Numbered from the stretch's first letter, positions 28,441 through 43,400 are shown. The stretch is 64,000 nt of DNA from the human T2T-CHM13v2.0 reference genome, Homo sapiens (GCF_009914755.1 NC_060925.1); one strand, 5' to 3'. Notes: generated by a model from the sequence alone, not told the origin. Made by a program: numbers and translations.

Positions 28441-29789
28441 GCTATTAACATTTGTAATACTTAACTTTTATTAGACCTGTACTACAATAAAATACATAAA
28501 AGAATTCTTCATCATTTCCAGATTATCATCCCAGAGCCCTGAAGCCCACACACAGCTTCTTCAGGAAATGCTGACAACATGGTATACACATGGCTTCCAT
28601 GTTTGTCGTGGTTCCAAAGTTTGCTTTTGAGTTTAATTTCTTTCTTTCTTTCTTTCTTTCCTTTATTGGCTAAACTCCCCCCCAGGACCTGAGTGAGCAG
28701 AAGGCTTTTCAGAACAGCCTGAACTATTTCTTGAGCAGTTTGGGAACTCATTTCTAAAGCAGTCCTCGGATTCACACAACATAGTTTGTGTGAGAGGGTA
28801 TGCCCAGAGCAGGCAGGAAAGGCAAAACAGCATTTTGACACTGAGGGATTTAGCAGAAAGATCTGATGCAACAAGTAAAAACTCTTTTAAAGGTTCAGTC
28901 AAGTTTGTTCCCATCACTTTCCTCTGGAATGCCCAACAGGCACATGTTTTGTCAATGAAAATTATTTTCAATCTCATTGATGTTTTGTTTGGCAAGATTT
29001 CTTTGAACAATTTCTTATTAATCATCTATAATTTTTCACTTCTGACATTGTTATCACCAGTGCTTTCAGTAACTGCATATTTATACAACAGCCAAACTCC
29101 AACCTGTATTCAGTTTTTATCTGTTTCTTGGGAATGTAATTTGGAAAAAAAGTTACCAATATATTTACAACAAAATTTCAGATCTTCAACATTACAGAAG
29201 GTAAGAAATGTGAACCCAATGGAATTCTTCTATCATCCTTATTTTGTGAGATCTAATTACTGTATACTCACCTTCCCAGTCATGTCACATTAGCTTTCTC
29301 CCTGTCTTTGTGGCTTGTAGATTTCTGTCTCCAGGGGCATGGTTTGCATTGTGGTGATCCAGATATGGATAAGGCAACACCCTGTGTCTTAATAGGGTCC
29401 TGCCTCCCAAACAAATAATTCACTGTGGCTCTAAGATTGTGTCTTTCTGCATATGCCAACTTAAGCTGTTTTAGCCAAACCACCTTCTGCATAGGCCTAA
29501 TAAAAATACCTTCAGGGCTAGATGAAGGTGTTTGGCATGCTTTTTCTTCCATGGTGGGGGCAACATTGGGCAGTGCTGCCTCCCTGGCTGTGAGCAGCTT
29601 GTGGGTCCTCAGGGACCGTTTCACTGGACTTCAGCTTAAACATTGTTTATACATGGCCATCGATTTCCTTTACCAAGAGCTGCCATTCCAATGGAATTAG
29701 CCATATCTGCCATGCACTCGCACCCCTCCTCAACCAGGTGGTAAGCACAGGAGATGAACTGGTGTTAGGAGAAAAAGCCATACTGATGG

Positions 29790-29900
29790 TCTAGTGCAGT
29801 GGGATCACCAGGGAACTTGTTAGAAATGCAATTCCCTGGCCCCACCCTACATCTCTGGGTGATTTGGGTGTAGGCCACAACATTTGAGAACTGCTGCGCT
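29790..29900. mobile_element. MER5A-like fragment
   Basis: ATCACCAGGGAACTTGTTAGAAATGCAATTCCCTGGCCCCACCC...TTTGAGAACTGCTG. Confidence 0.65.
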
Positions 29901-30029
29901 AGCTTAATACATGAGAATCTTCCACTTTATTGTTTTATTTCCATATTTGTATATCCCTCTCTTCCCCTTTGACATTTTCTGTCATGGTTTTGCTTTCTAA
30001 ATGTCTTTGAGCTGTCTTGTTGATGGGGG

Positions 30030-30220
30030 CGCACCCTGACTAATGGCGTGTTGGCAAATGTTTAACAACAGGCTCCAGAGGAGGGCGGACTTGAAGTGGA
30101 GCCTTCAGGGGGCAGTGTGAGGGGTGCTGATTTCAAACAACTCATCTGGTATTACTGAACATGAAGTTGGGAAGAGATGTGCATAATTGAAGTGGGTGAG
30201 AGCCAGTCCAGCACCCTGTG
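30030..30220. mobile_element. MER63-like hAT element fragment
   Basis: GTGTTGGCAAATGTTTAACAACAGGCTC...GTTGGGAAGAGATGTGCATAATT...GAGCCAGTCCAGCAC. Confidence 0.55.
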
Positions 30221-30634
30221 GAGAGGTACCAATAATTCTGTAGGTATTTGCTCAAATTTAACTCAATGGGGGTTTAGATTGGGTTTACATTGAGTCATTA
30301 GTTGCAGGTCATTTGTTGAATCATTGAGTACTTTTGGTTGTTAAGGTGACTGAAATACTCGGTTGATGTCCTTTAAGATCACTGAAAATATTTAAAATCA
30401 GCTTACATATGGCATTTTGGAAATGCCACAAACGTAATAGATTAAAACCCACAACTATATTTGCTGCCTTTCCTATGCATGCCCTGTCAAAATTATTTTT
30501 GGTGGACTGTAAGCCCTAAAACAACATGGACCTTGTTTTGCTCTCCATTCTATTCTCATTACTTATATTCAGCATTGTTTAAAAAAAAGTTTATTGATGT
30601 AATAAATGTGTAGTTGAGGTAATAATGTAATAAA

Positions 30635-31700
<1,066 letters not shown>

Positions 31701-32812
31701 TAATGATCAAAACTTCTATATTTTGAGGATCTAATAGCATAAGGAAAAAACAAAACATCAATTGTGTATTAGAAGTATATTACACATGTACATTTATGTT
31801 TACCTTGATATGATAACTAGCATTGATACAACCTTATCTAAGAAGTGACAAACTAATATTTTATAGATTGCAAAAGTGTCTCTCCCACCTCTCTCCTCAT
31901 CTCATAGTGCCTTATTTTTGATGCATGAGGTTTTTATCCTGCCAAATGAGTTAGAAGAGTGGAAGAGATGGAAATGTAGTTTGCATATAGGTATTATGCA
32001 ATTAGATATTGAAATGTGTGTACACATACTATATATATAACATATATGTATGTTGTGCTGTAAGAATAAAGTGTGGGAACTTTATCCTAGCACATACTTT
32101 CACTTTAAGGAAAATATCACTGGGGAGGTTCAATTGCAAAAGTCTGATCTTCTCACATTTCTGAGATTTTTTTTGATCTGATGACTATAAGAACAACAGA
32201 GAAGTTCAAAGTGTGGAAAGCTTATAGAGCCTTTGGGGTGTCATTTTCTTGGGAAGGAGTAGGCTCCAAAGAATCTAGAACTTTCTGGGTTGAGACATAA
32301 CCCCACTGTAGTCTTCACTCTGACCATCTATGAAGAGGGCATCACGACACCTGACTTCAGGCCAGCTTCTTGTTTTTTCCTTATTAATACTCTGTCATCT
32401 TAAATCCTGTGGTGACATGAGTGAATCATTACACAACACTTTGATTTTACACTATAGGTTTTTTTTTTTAGGGTAGGCGTAATTTTTTTGTTTCTTTTTG
32501 GGATTACTATCAGACTTTAAAAAATTATTTATTTTATTGCTTTTTAAGTTGGTGTTCCCTTTTGATCAGTCAGCTTTCCTTTAGAGATCCCCAGAATAAT
32601 TTCAACATACCTTGAGGGCATATGTTCTTATAATATAATAGCATGACTAGGTGGTTATTGGCCACCAGCCTAGCACAGTAAGGCATGCTGTTATTACACA
32701 ATTACACACATCCTGGTGTGTGTCTTATTATGTAATTGTAATTCAAAGATGCTGCTGAAAGCAATTACATAAGTCCTATTCATTTCACAGGGAATCGAAA
32801 GGGCAGAAGTAA

Positions 32813-33148
<336 letters not shown>

Positions 33149-34205
33149 GGGCAGCCGTTCTTTAGATGGCATGTTGCATCTCTTGATAGAAGATTAGGTG
33201 ACCATTCTCAGGGGATTGAATTGTCACATTTTGACCTTCTTATCCAACATTTCTTTTTTTCCCAGACAGCAAGCAGCAGTAGCAGCACCTGTAATTTGTC
33301 GTTTTATATTTACTTTTAAGGTTTTCAATAAAGTAAAATGGAGTGATACAGTGATGATATTCTCTGCCTCTCTAGGAGGACTTTGAATTCTTATTCTATG
33401 TGTCCAGGGGTGTGACACATCTAGAGTAAATAAAATAAAGCTTACCTACTCCAAGTATAATAGAAACCTAAAGGACAGGGCAAGGAGAGTTGCTTCTATT
33501 ACTCAGTGCAGCTCTCAGAGTCAGATAGCAAGGACCACTGGTTATACACATTGGGATTCCCTAGTGTCAGACTATCCCTTAAGGTTCTCTTCTGTTGAAG
33601 GTTTTTGCATAGGTGTGCACTTCTCTAGAGGGGCTGGAAACTCTGCCAGGTAGGAATTTTTCAACCTGCTCTGTGGAAGTTGTCCAGTTGAGGATGCATT
33701 TGTGTGGCTTCTCCTAAAACATATCAAGGAGCCATACAACAGGAGCCAATACTCATTTTTTTTTTTTTTTTTAATGAATGACTTGAGAAAGCAAGCTGCT
33801 GCTTCTTTCCTCTTTTTCCAATTTCTCCTCAAATCCCAAGGGAGCTTTGAATATCACTGAGTTACTTGGCAGGTTAGCATCAGGTGAAAATTACAAGAAT
33901 TTGGTTTGGAAACAGCAGGCTGTCTTCCTATGTGATAAGGAGTCCCTAGATACCAGTGCCTTCTCTTGAGAATGCAGCTAAACACACCCACAATTGTGCC
34001 TCTGTGCAGGGGATATCCCAAGTCACCGAAAAGAGAAAGCAAAGCATGGAACCAGCTATTGAGTCTGTAATTTTATTGTGAAAACTTGGTACCAGTGTGA
34101 TGGTAGATCATAAGTTTCTTGAGGACAAGGAGTGTGTCATTAATTTTGTGTCACCAAGGCCAAACCCACGATTTGATATATGGGAGATCTTTAAAATATG
34201 GTCCC

Positions 34206-34597
34206 TGCAATGGTTAATTTTATGTGCGACTTGGCTAGGCCCTGTATGGGGCCCTTTGACCAGATATTTGGTCAAAGATGTCTGAGTATTGCTGTGAAGG
34301 TATTTTTTAGAAGAGATTAACATTTAAATCATAGACTGAGTAAAGCAGCTTAGCCTCTGTGATGGTTAATATTATGTGCCATAATGTGAATGGACCTCAT
34401 CCAATCAGTTGAAGGTCATAAGGAAAAGGCTGACCTCCACTGAGGAAGAGGAAATTCTGCCAGCAGACTGCCTTTGGACTCAAACAGCAACATCATCTCT
34501 TCCCTGAGTCTCCAGCCTGCCCACCTACCCTGCAGATTTTGGACTTACCAGCCTCCATGATTGCATGAGCCAATTCCTTATGAATGAATGAATGAAT
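34206..34597 (+). mobile_element. MLT2D-like ERVL LTR
   Basis: TGCAATGGTTAATTTTATGTG...CAGATATTTGGTCAAA...CTGCCAGCAGACTGCCTTTGGACT...CATGAGCCAATTCCTTA. Confidence 0.8.
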
Positions 34598-34949
34598 GTC
34601 TTCAACATCTTTGCTTTACTCTGATGCTCTCCCCTACCCTCACAATTCCAATGAAGTGAGGAAAACTATTTTGCCAAGTCAAAACTTTGGATCCTTGCCC
34701 TAAAATCCCAGAGTCTTCCCTTTAAACAGAGTGAAAGCCCTGATACTGACAAGGATAAGACAGGGGAAAGATAATTTGGGGGGCGGGGGTGAGGGAGGAG
34801 AAGAATTCACCAACTCCCCTCAAAATCTTTGATTTTATATTTACTGTTAATATCCATTGTAAAAACCATTGGCTTGATTTAAATATCTTGTTGGTTTCCC
34901 AAGCCCCATCACCACCACCACCACCAGCTCACCCTGCCAAGGCCTGAGA

Positions 34950-36550
34950 GGCTGAAGACCACTTTTCAGCCTGATGTGATTTCTAACAGCTGAGATATTA
35001 AAACACTGAAAAATGGGGTTTATAATGGAAATGCTGACAGACTATTAACTATAGCAGCACTGCTCTAATAAATGGAATGGCCTGTCATAATCTCTAGTTC
35101 ATAAATATGCAAATACAAGACTGGGGATTTGCTCCAAAGGATGTCTCTATAATTTTAACTGACCTTTACTGATACCAAATGAGCCTGTTGCTTCTGTTTT
35201 TGTACATTGGATATAAAGTACAGGAAATCCAGCCGCCTGTCGGCCTAAAGTATATAAAGTTTAAACTGCCAGCTACTAAACTCCGGGCTCAGATTCCATT
35301 TCTCTTCACATTCACACTCTTTATTGACATTTTCATTTTTTTTTCCCAGGGGGTGGAAGCTGAGTTGGGGGGAAATCAAACATTGTTCATCCCCCTTCCC
35401 CCCACATTACTTCCACATGTCGCAGCGCCTGCCCAGCCAAAATTCATGGATTGCCTCAAGGACAAACAGGCCATCTACACTGAATTATAAATTTGAGTTT
35501 TATCCAGTTTTCTGCTTTTGGACCAAATGGGCAGCAAATCCAGTGACTTCATATTTAATAACCTAGATGTCATTTGTCCTGTGTCTTTCAGCACAGAGTA
35601 AAGAATTGGATGGCTAGCAGTTTTGCAGATTTTTTCCCCCTAATTATTTTAAGCTATTCAGCCTGGTATTCGAACTATTGATGCAGAGCCAAATTGCCAG
35701 CAGGGGAGAGATCTGTCCAATCCAGGAGCTAAATGAGTCACTGAGAGTCAATCTGTTTTTCCCTTGCTGCTGGGGTTTCCTCCGGCCCTGGCCTCTCTCT
35801 CTCTGCTCCAGTCACTCACAGAGCTGCAGGCTCAGCCCTCGTTGGCGCCCATCGCCTCCCATTCCCCTCCTCAGCCCTGCTTGCTGCAGCTGTTGATGGG
35901 GTCTGACCGGCTGGCTGCGGAGATTCAGGGCCTCAATCACACTGTAGTTGAGGCCGTGCTTTGACAGAAAATGAAGACATCTTTGCCTTGTTGCATTTGC
36001 TTCTCCAGTAATACATCAGGTATCTGGAGAGGAAGGCCCACAAGCAGAGTGTGTTGGGGTACGATGCCAGTTCATCACTTTCCGCTGTCCAGTTTTCAGA
36101 GTGCTCTTCTACTTTTCCTAAGTCCAAATGGAGTCCTTGGAGCCAGAATCCTGCATGTGGTCATAAAATAATAAAAATAAAGGTCTGTGGATATGCTGGA
36201 GGTAGCGGCAGGGCGGAATGCCACAAACATAAGCCAGGCCTGCTGGAGCAGTCGCTCTTCAAGCATTGGAGAAGAATTCACAGCGCTTCTAATAACATAT
36301 ATATATTTTTTCCAGTAGAAACATTTTATTTCTAACAACATTTACTTAAAAACAAAATTCTTGTATTCTTCATGTAGGGTCAGTATTCAATTACACAAAA
36401 ATAGGCAGCCAACTTAAGAACTGTATATAAGATTAAGACAACTGGTATTTCATGGTAAATGATTAAATTAGCTAACACAGTTATATCCTGAACTTTGCCA
36501 TTAGGACTGACATTTTTGTTCGATGTGCATTGAGGATTGTGGGTAATCTA
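34950..36550. promoter_or_regulatory. Candidate enhancer / conserved non-coding block
   Basis: No recognisable repeat; clustered TGACAG/CTGTCA (35035, 35082), ATGCAAAT (35107), TGAGTCA (about 35734) and a local rise in CpG at 35200-35950. Function is inferred, not shown. Confidence 0.4.
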
Positions 36551-38189
36551 AACTGGTATGAGCTTTTTCTCTTTGAAACTCAAACAGAATTAAGGAACAG
36601 TATTCTCTGCAAATGGAATACGGAGTTTGAGAACAGCCACAAAAAAATTCTCTTGTAGTAAGCTGAACTGCCCTAGGAGTACTCAGGAATTAGAGAATTA
36701 GAGAACTGGAGAAATGAGGGGCATGGATAGGAGGGAGAGAAAAATTGATTAATTGATTTACTATAATTTTCAAATGGAAGTATGTGGGAAAATAAGACAA
36801 AACAAGCAGAGTTGTTTTTCACAGTGAAGCCTCAGAGGGGTGAAAGCTTTGTTCCTCTGGGTAGCAAGTTGTATTTCCACATTTCCGACTGCATATTCCA
36901 TATTTATGTCGATTTTTGGTCTCTCTGTTCGTAGCTTGCTAGGTGGCAAGGGCAGTTAGAGGAAAAAAAGGCAGATTTATGAAACACAGAAAAATTTCTC
37001 ACTGAAATCAGGCTTGGATTTGTGAATCACTTGTTTTTTTCCCTGTGGTCACTCCTGTGATGAGGTCAACTGCTTCAATCCTTTAGGTTTTGTAGAGGGG
37101 TTTCCGGATTCCAGGAGTCCCAGAAGGTCCGGGGAGCACTCCCCACATTTTAGCCAGAAGTAATTAACTAAAACATAAAGGCTCCACTTTCTCTTTTCAC
37201 ATTTTGAGCCACAGATTATCTAATTCCAAGCTTAAGACATCAGATTTCAGATCATTAGTGCAAAGCATCTTCCACAGGAGGCAATAAAATGTCACTTTAT
37301 ATAACTCAGCTACAGTTACACTGCTTTCAGAAAGCAGGAATCTCTCTGAAAAGAAATTTACATGAAAACAGTCGCATTGTTTGAGAATTTATGCAAATGT
37401 TGCACAAAGGAGCTTGACAGTGATTTTAAAAACTGAAATCTTTATCACTGCCTCAAAGATATCCTGAAAAACTTAGTTACCTCTAAAGAATTCCATTGCA
37501 CTTATTTTTTAAATGTCTATAATATAGAGTTGTTTTAAAAATTTTCCCTAAACTCCAAACTTCTTCCTCAGCTTCAAAGCCTTCTATAATGAATATCCTA
37601 CAGAGAACCTAGTGCATATTGGTTTAACACTTACTAGGATCACTCATTACTAGTTAAGAAAATTGAAGATAACAACCATAGCGCCAAGTATTTTGAACAA
37701 CATAAAATGTTTCTCCCGTGGGTGTAGCTCTTAGGGACCGCATGGGGATACGTACCCCTCAGTGCTCAATCAGCACAAGATGAAGCTCTAAGTGTCTCAA
37801 TCCATGTTGATTGCCTCTGAACTCCCCGGTGTTAGGAATCTGGATGTGTCCATTACTGCATTTTCAAACAATGAACTGCCTGCGCCAGGAATCTGATTTC
37901 TGTAGAAAGACATTAAGGGGCTGGGTGAGGAATAGGGTGTCAACAAAACGTGGTATTTTCCTTTGATTTTCACTTTCTTTAAATTCTTCTGCATTTACTA
38001 CCTAGCGACTGTCTGGCATTGGTACCCTCAGTTTCTTTTCTTCTGCTTTTCCTCCTTATTCAATGTGGAAGATGATCAAAGTATGACGTTTCTTCTACCC
38101 CAGAGGTTGGCATTTCTGCAGGCACAAATGAGCTTGGTTTTCAAGCACCAGTCTTTGAGCACAAGGAATTCCTTTAATGATCACGGGCT

Positions 38190-38660
38190 AGATAGACTTT
38201 GGAATCAGACTCTTTGAATTCCAGCTCTGCCATTTACCAACTTTGACACTTTGGGCAAGCCATTTTAACCTCTTTAAGCCTCAGTTTCCTTTTCTGTAAA
38301 CAGGAATAATGATAACTAACAATAATAATAATAATACTTTCTTATCAGTTAAAAATAAACTGAGCTGAAACTGCTATTTGTACGCTCTCAACATATATGT
38401 GTGTGCGAGTATATATTTGTTTTATATAGGTACTGATATACTATATGCAGTATGATGTAAATAATAAAATGCAAAAAATGTAAATTAAATAGTAAGGTTA
38501 CAAAATAAACAAAAACAAATAATTTAATATTTTCATTGTATCCTGCACAAATACTGGGAGCATTATTACTTCCACTTTTGAGAACCATAATGCATGTAGT
38601 GTGTTTAGCAGACTGCATAGTACCAAGTAGTACTCAGGATGTGTTAGGTTATTACTTATG
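38190..38660 (+). mobile_element. MIR, probably interrupted by a hAT-type fragment
   Basis: CTTTGGAATCAGAC...CAGCTCTGCCATTTACC...TTGGGCAAG...GCCTCAGTTTCCTTTTCTGTAAA; TTTGAGAACCA terminus at about 38585. Confidence 0.65.
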
Positions 38661-39520
38661 TTCATGCCTAAGGAAAAGTTTAATTGGCGAAACTTCAGTC
38701 ATTCTTGCGATAAAGAACATTCCGTTTCATTTTGGCTTCTTTTTTGACATGACTTTGCTCTTATATAAGTAGCAGAGAATGGCTGAGTTGTAAGTCAAAC
38801 TCTTCCAACATGGAAGAAACTCATTGCACAGTTCTGGTCAGCATTTTTTTTTTCTGCTCAGGTATGCTGTACATTCACAATTATTTTCCACAAGGTTTCC
38901 TATTCGAAGGAGGATTGGTGACTTCCCTTCCTTCAGACAAGCAATGATGATAACGTCGTTGTGTTCCCTTGTGTAGGTCTGGGGTGACGTTGGCTCCTTG
39001 AGAAATGAAAACTTCATCATAAGAATCTGTGAAAATGGGGAAAATGGGTAAATGAGGACAGATTCAAAATTGGAAGAAAACAGAAAAATCTCTGTTCTTT
39101 TTTTCTAATTGTTCTTTTAATGAAATCAGTACTGCCCTTTGGCATTAACGATCATATGCAAAAGGTAAGACACATTGATTTTGGATTTTATTGTTGTAGC
39201 ATAGAATATAAGTCTAGATATTTGTGTAAATATTCTTGGTAGAGATACTTCTAATTTCACACTCATTTATTTGTTCTTCCTAAGCATTGGTATATATGCT
39301 TAGCACTTACGTCTATGTCAGACACTGTGCTACTTTGAGTGTGAATTTATCTTCTGAACAAAGAGAAGCAAACCAAGGGAAATCAGGAAGCAAATCTAGC
39401 AAATCAGAAGAAAATCTTGCAAATCAGGAACCCTGGATTTGCTAGAAAATTTAATGTGAACCAAGTGGTGATTAACCTCACATTTAAAAATTAGTATCAA
39501 CCTTTCTTCTTGGAAGATCA

Positions 39521-40431
39521 TTTCTTTTTTCTTTTCTTTTCTTTTCTTCTTTTTTTTTTTGAGACAGGGTCTTGCCCTAATGCCCAAGCGGGAGTGCAGT
39601 GGTGCCACCAGAGTGAGAGGTGGCAGCTGGACTTCCTGGGTCCATTGGGGACTTGGAGAACTTTTCTGTCTAGCTAAAGGATCCTAAACACACCAGTCAG
39701 CAGTCTGTGTCTAGCTAAAGGATTGTAAACACACCAATCAGCACTCTGTAAAATGGACCAATCAGCACTCTGTAAAATGGATCAATCAGTGCTCTGTAAA
39801 ATGGACCAATCAGCAGGAAGTGGGCGGGGCCAAATAAGGGAATAAAAGCTGGCCACCAGAGCCAGCAGTGGCAACCTGCGAGGGTCCCCTTCCATGGTGT
39901 GGGAGTTTGTTCTTTTGCTCTTCACAATAAATCTTGCTGCTGCTCACTCTTTGGGTCCACACTACCTTTATGAGCTGTAGCACTCACTGCAAGGGTCTGC
40001 GGCTTCATTCCTGAAGTCTGTGAGACCATGAACTCACCAGAAGGAAGAAACTTTGGACACATCTGAACATCTGAAGGAACAAACTCTGGACACACCATCT
40101 TTAAGAACTGTAACACTGCAAGGGTCCATGGCTTCATTCTTGAAGTCAGTAAGACCAAGAACCCACGGGAAGGAACCAATTCCAGACACAAAAGCTCACT
40201 GCAGCCTCAGCCTCCTGGGCTCAAGTGATCTTTCCACCTCAGCCTCCTGAGTAGCTGGGACTACAGGCACATGGCACTATGCCCTCCTAATTTTTAAATT
40301 TTATTATCTTCTGTAAAGATGAGATCTCTCTATGTTGCCCAAGCTGGTCTTGAGCTCTTGGGCTCAAATGATCCTCTCGTCTTGGCCTCCCAAAGTGTTG
40401 GGATTACAGGCATAAGCCACCGTACCTAGCC
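39521..40431 (-). mobile_element. AluJ split by an LTR12 insertion
   Basis: GAGACAGGGTCTTG...GGAGTGCAGTGGTG breaks at 39613 and resumes as GCTCACTGCAGCCTC from about 40194. Confidence 0.88.
39614..40190 (+). mobile_element. LTR12 (LTR12F-like, ERV9) solo LTR
   Basis: TGAGAGG...CTGGACTTCCTGGG, tandem CCAATCAGCACTCTGTAAAATGG units, GGGCGGGGC, AATAAAAGC, ...GAAGGAACCAATTCCAGACACA. Confidence 0.92.
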
Positions 40432-40789
40432 TTGGAAATTCTTTTATCACCTGAAATGTAAATGCTTGGCAAAAATCTTAAAATAATTTTTAAAATCAAG
40501 GAATCAAAGGCAGAATAGAAATTTGCATTAATCTTGACAAAAGTACTCAGTAAGTACTCAGTATTTTAATTCTGCTTTGGTTATTCTGGATCCACTGGGT
40601 GTCCAGGCTTAGAGATTTCCTTTATGTTCAGCCTTTTCTCTTGGCTTCACTCTTCTTGAAGCATCAAATCTTAGTGTAGTCAATGGTGATGTGCATGTGT
40701 TTGCATACTTTTTTTGTTCTTATTTCTGCACACAGAAAAGACCACATTTCCTGGTACTTAGCGGACTTGTGACTTTCACTAGTTAATGG

Positions 40790-41085
40790 GCTATAAACTG
40801 AAGTGGGGTGATGTTCATTCTGGGCCTAGGCATAGAAGAATGCTATGAGATCCTCTTTGTTTTGTACAGTAAGGACATGACCAGATGGTGTAGTCACCTT
40901 CAACCTGGGTCCCTGAGGAACTACCTGGAGTTGCTCCTGGTGCTTGAGTAGCCCTAGGAGTAGAATATTTCACTAACTTGTGATGAGCATGTAGTGAAAC
41001 AAAATAGAAGCCTCTGTTTTGATGATCCACTGGGGTTTTAGGGTTAATTTATTACCTCAGCATAATCCAGTCTATCCTGAGAGTT
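40790..41085 (+). mobile_element. Old MLT1 (H-L group) LTR fragment
   Basis: CAACCTGGGTCCCTGAG...GAAACAAAATAGAAGCCTCTGTT...CCACTGGGGTTTTAGGG...TTACCTCAGCATAATCCAGTCTATCCTGA. Confidence 0.6.
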
Positions 41086-42479
41086 GCAGGGTTTTTAGTT
41101 TTTATGTTTTTGTTTTTCCTAGAAAAAGCAGAGATGTCTAGATCTTTCTCTAAAAATATTCTACTCTGAGAAATTGTGAGCAAAGTACGAAGATTTGAAG
41201 CCATCAGGGGACTGCAGTGAGAGCAACTTATGAAAAGATCAAGGAAAAGAACTCAAATATTTGGAATAAACATACATGTCCTGCTGGTCAGGTGTGCACA
41301 TTGGAGAGTCAACACTGCGTGGTGATTCTTTAAGGGATTCATCTAGGGAATTTGAATTGTGACAATACTTTAACTTCATGAAAAATGAGGAAGGGTGCCC
41401 ATTCAGGCTTTTAAAAGTGAGAAATAAAGGGTAACTTTTTAGCATGAGGTTTTCAGAACTTGAAAATAAAGAATTTGTACCACAAATATCTCTGGAAATG
41501 ATGATCACTTAGGTCTCTGAGAAAAAGATCCAGAAGAGTGAACCACAGTTGGAAGCAAACAGAACTTATCAACACAGGAAAGTCCAAAGGGAAAATAACA
41601 TTTTGGGTAAGAGCTCTCCAGTGTGTATCAAAGAGCTCCTAGTGTAACATTTTTCGTCATCGAGCTAATCTGGCATTATACAGGATGAAATCATTTTCCT
41701 AAATTGCTAACTCAGAGTTGTCATGGAATAAAGCCCCTATGAGTAGAGTGGATATAATCAATATTCTAAGTTTGAAAGATAGTGACATTTCTGATTCCCC
41801 TAACGGCCTGGAAGTGGTGGTTGCATGGCAGGCTCTAAGGCTGACTTGTTGATCTGTGAGGCTCTTTACAATGTACTTTTAAGGCTGCTTTCTCCCTAAT
41901 CTTAAACACTTGACCTTTGAGTCTGATATTCTTCAGTATTATTAGATTAGATGATTAGTTATTAAATATACTGTCTCCAGTAAATAGGTAATTGTGTAAT
42001 GCAATGGCGCTCAGCCTTTCCAGGCCATGTTCCCATGACATTTAGAGTTAGAACACTGAGTCCTTCTGTAGTAGGAATCTTTAACCCTTTCTGTGGGTCG
42101 AAGAATGTACAGGGGTTTCCCTAGGTCTCAAAATCAGCTGACTGATGAAGGACAGTAAAAAATGTAGAGTGTCACATGTTTTTGAGAGCCATAGAATTCA
42201 AAGATCACAGAACTTTTATCACATTTATGCCCACATAATAAGACTGAGTAATACACCAAGATTTTCCCTGTGACAAGCTGGGTGTGATGAACACAATCTA
42301 GGTCCTTCCTAGGATTTATGTTGGGTGTTTGAGAAAAGCTTAAGCACTGTTTTGCAACCAAAAGCATGCAGGTGTTAAAGTTTTAAATGTCTCTATTGCT
42401 TCTTGCCAGATTTTGCCTTGCATGAAGGGGTGGGGACGGAGAGGGGAGGAAGAATAGAGGGAGGGACAGGATCTAGCAT

Positions 42480-43400
42480 GTTTTGATTCCTTAATGTGTG
42501 CAAAGCACAGTGCTAGGCATTTTACATATACAGATTCATTTAATCGTCCCCTAAATAGAAATAAAGTTTGTGTTATTAGTCCTCATTTTGCATTTAAGGA
42601 ACCTGAGGCTCAGAAAAGATAAAGTTGCCTAAATCCAAACAGCCAGGGTAGTTGAATTAGAATTTGAACTTGAGTTCGAAGTGCTTATTCTTTTCAATGT
42701 CTGACAATGTCTTTATTTTATTAAGTGCCTACTACGTATACATAAGGTGTTACTCATGTTGGCAGAAAAGGTAAGATGGTCAGGAAAATCTAGGAATGAA
42801 TTATCCATGTGCTGTTTTTTAATTCAGTGTTTTTGGTAGCACATTGTAAGGAACACAAAAGAAGTATTGAGACACAATGATCTCTCCTTAAATTAGAAGC
42901 CATAACCTATTTGAGAAGGCAAAGCATCATGTATCAAACAATTCCTAAATTGGGTGCTATGAATGATAAGTCTAAAAGTTCCCAGAGGTAGAGGTAAGCA
43001 TGGTATGGAGATGACTACTGAAAGCTTAGAGACTATGATCTTGTAAAATAGCCAGGATTTGGATAGAAAGGGCACACAGCATGGGAAGCCATGAACTGAG
43101 GCATGATGGTTTTGCAGAAAGACCAGCCTGGCTGGGGAGGAGGAGCTGACTGCTCTGATTGCCTTCAACTGTCCTGGTCTGGACTGGTCCTCTCTGCTCC
43201 TCTCTCATTGCCTTTACCACACCCAGGTAATTAACCACAGGTGATGCATGCATATCCATCTCCCCCTGTGAACTCCTTGGGAATCCGGGCTGCCACCTAT
43301 TCACCTTTTTATTCTCAGTGCTTAAAGCAGTCCATGGCGCCCATTAGGTGCTCCATAAATAATTGTGAAGTAGATGGATGGAAAGATGGGTATAGATGAA
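42480..43400. mobile_element. MIR (about 42480-42710) and L2 fragments
   Basis: AAGCACAGTGCTAGGCATTTTACAT...CCTCATTTTGC...ACCTGAGGCTCAGA; L2 tail ATTAGGTGCTCCATAAATAATTGTGAAGTAGATGGATG. Confidence 0.6.

Noticed and set aside
28512-29700. Overlapping 91-167 aa ORFs, with a donor-like AAG|GTAAGA at about 29200
   Set aside because: Mostly non-ATG starts, no recognisable domain and no consistent exon frame; most likely chance ORFs in unique non-coding DNA.
35696-35712. CTCF-like GCCAGCAGGGGAGAG (also partial matches near 7810 and 57835)
   Set aside because: Key positions of the CCASYAGRKGGC core mismatch; not supportable from sequence alone.
41240-41520. Possible RTE/L4-type RT remnant (ELKYLE* on the plus strand)
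   Set aside because: Only a KYL-like trace with weak downstream resemblance; cannot be supported without a profile search.
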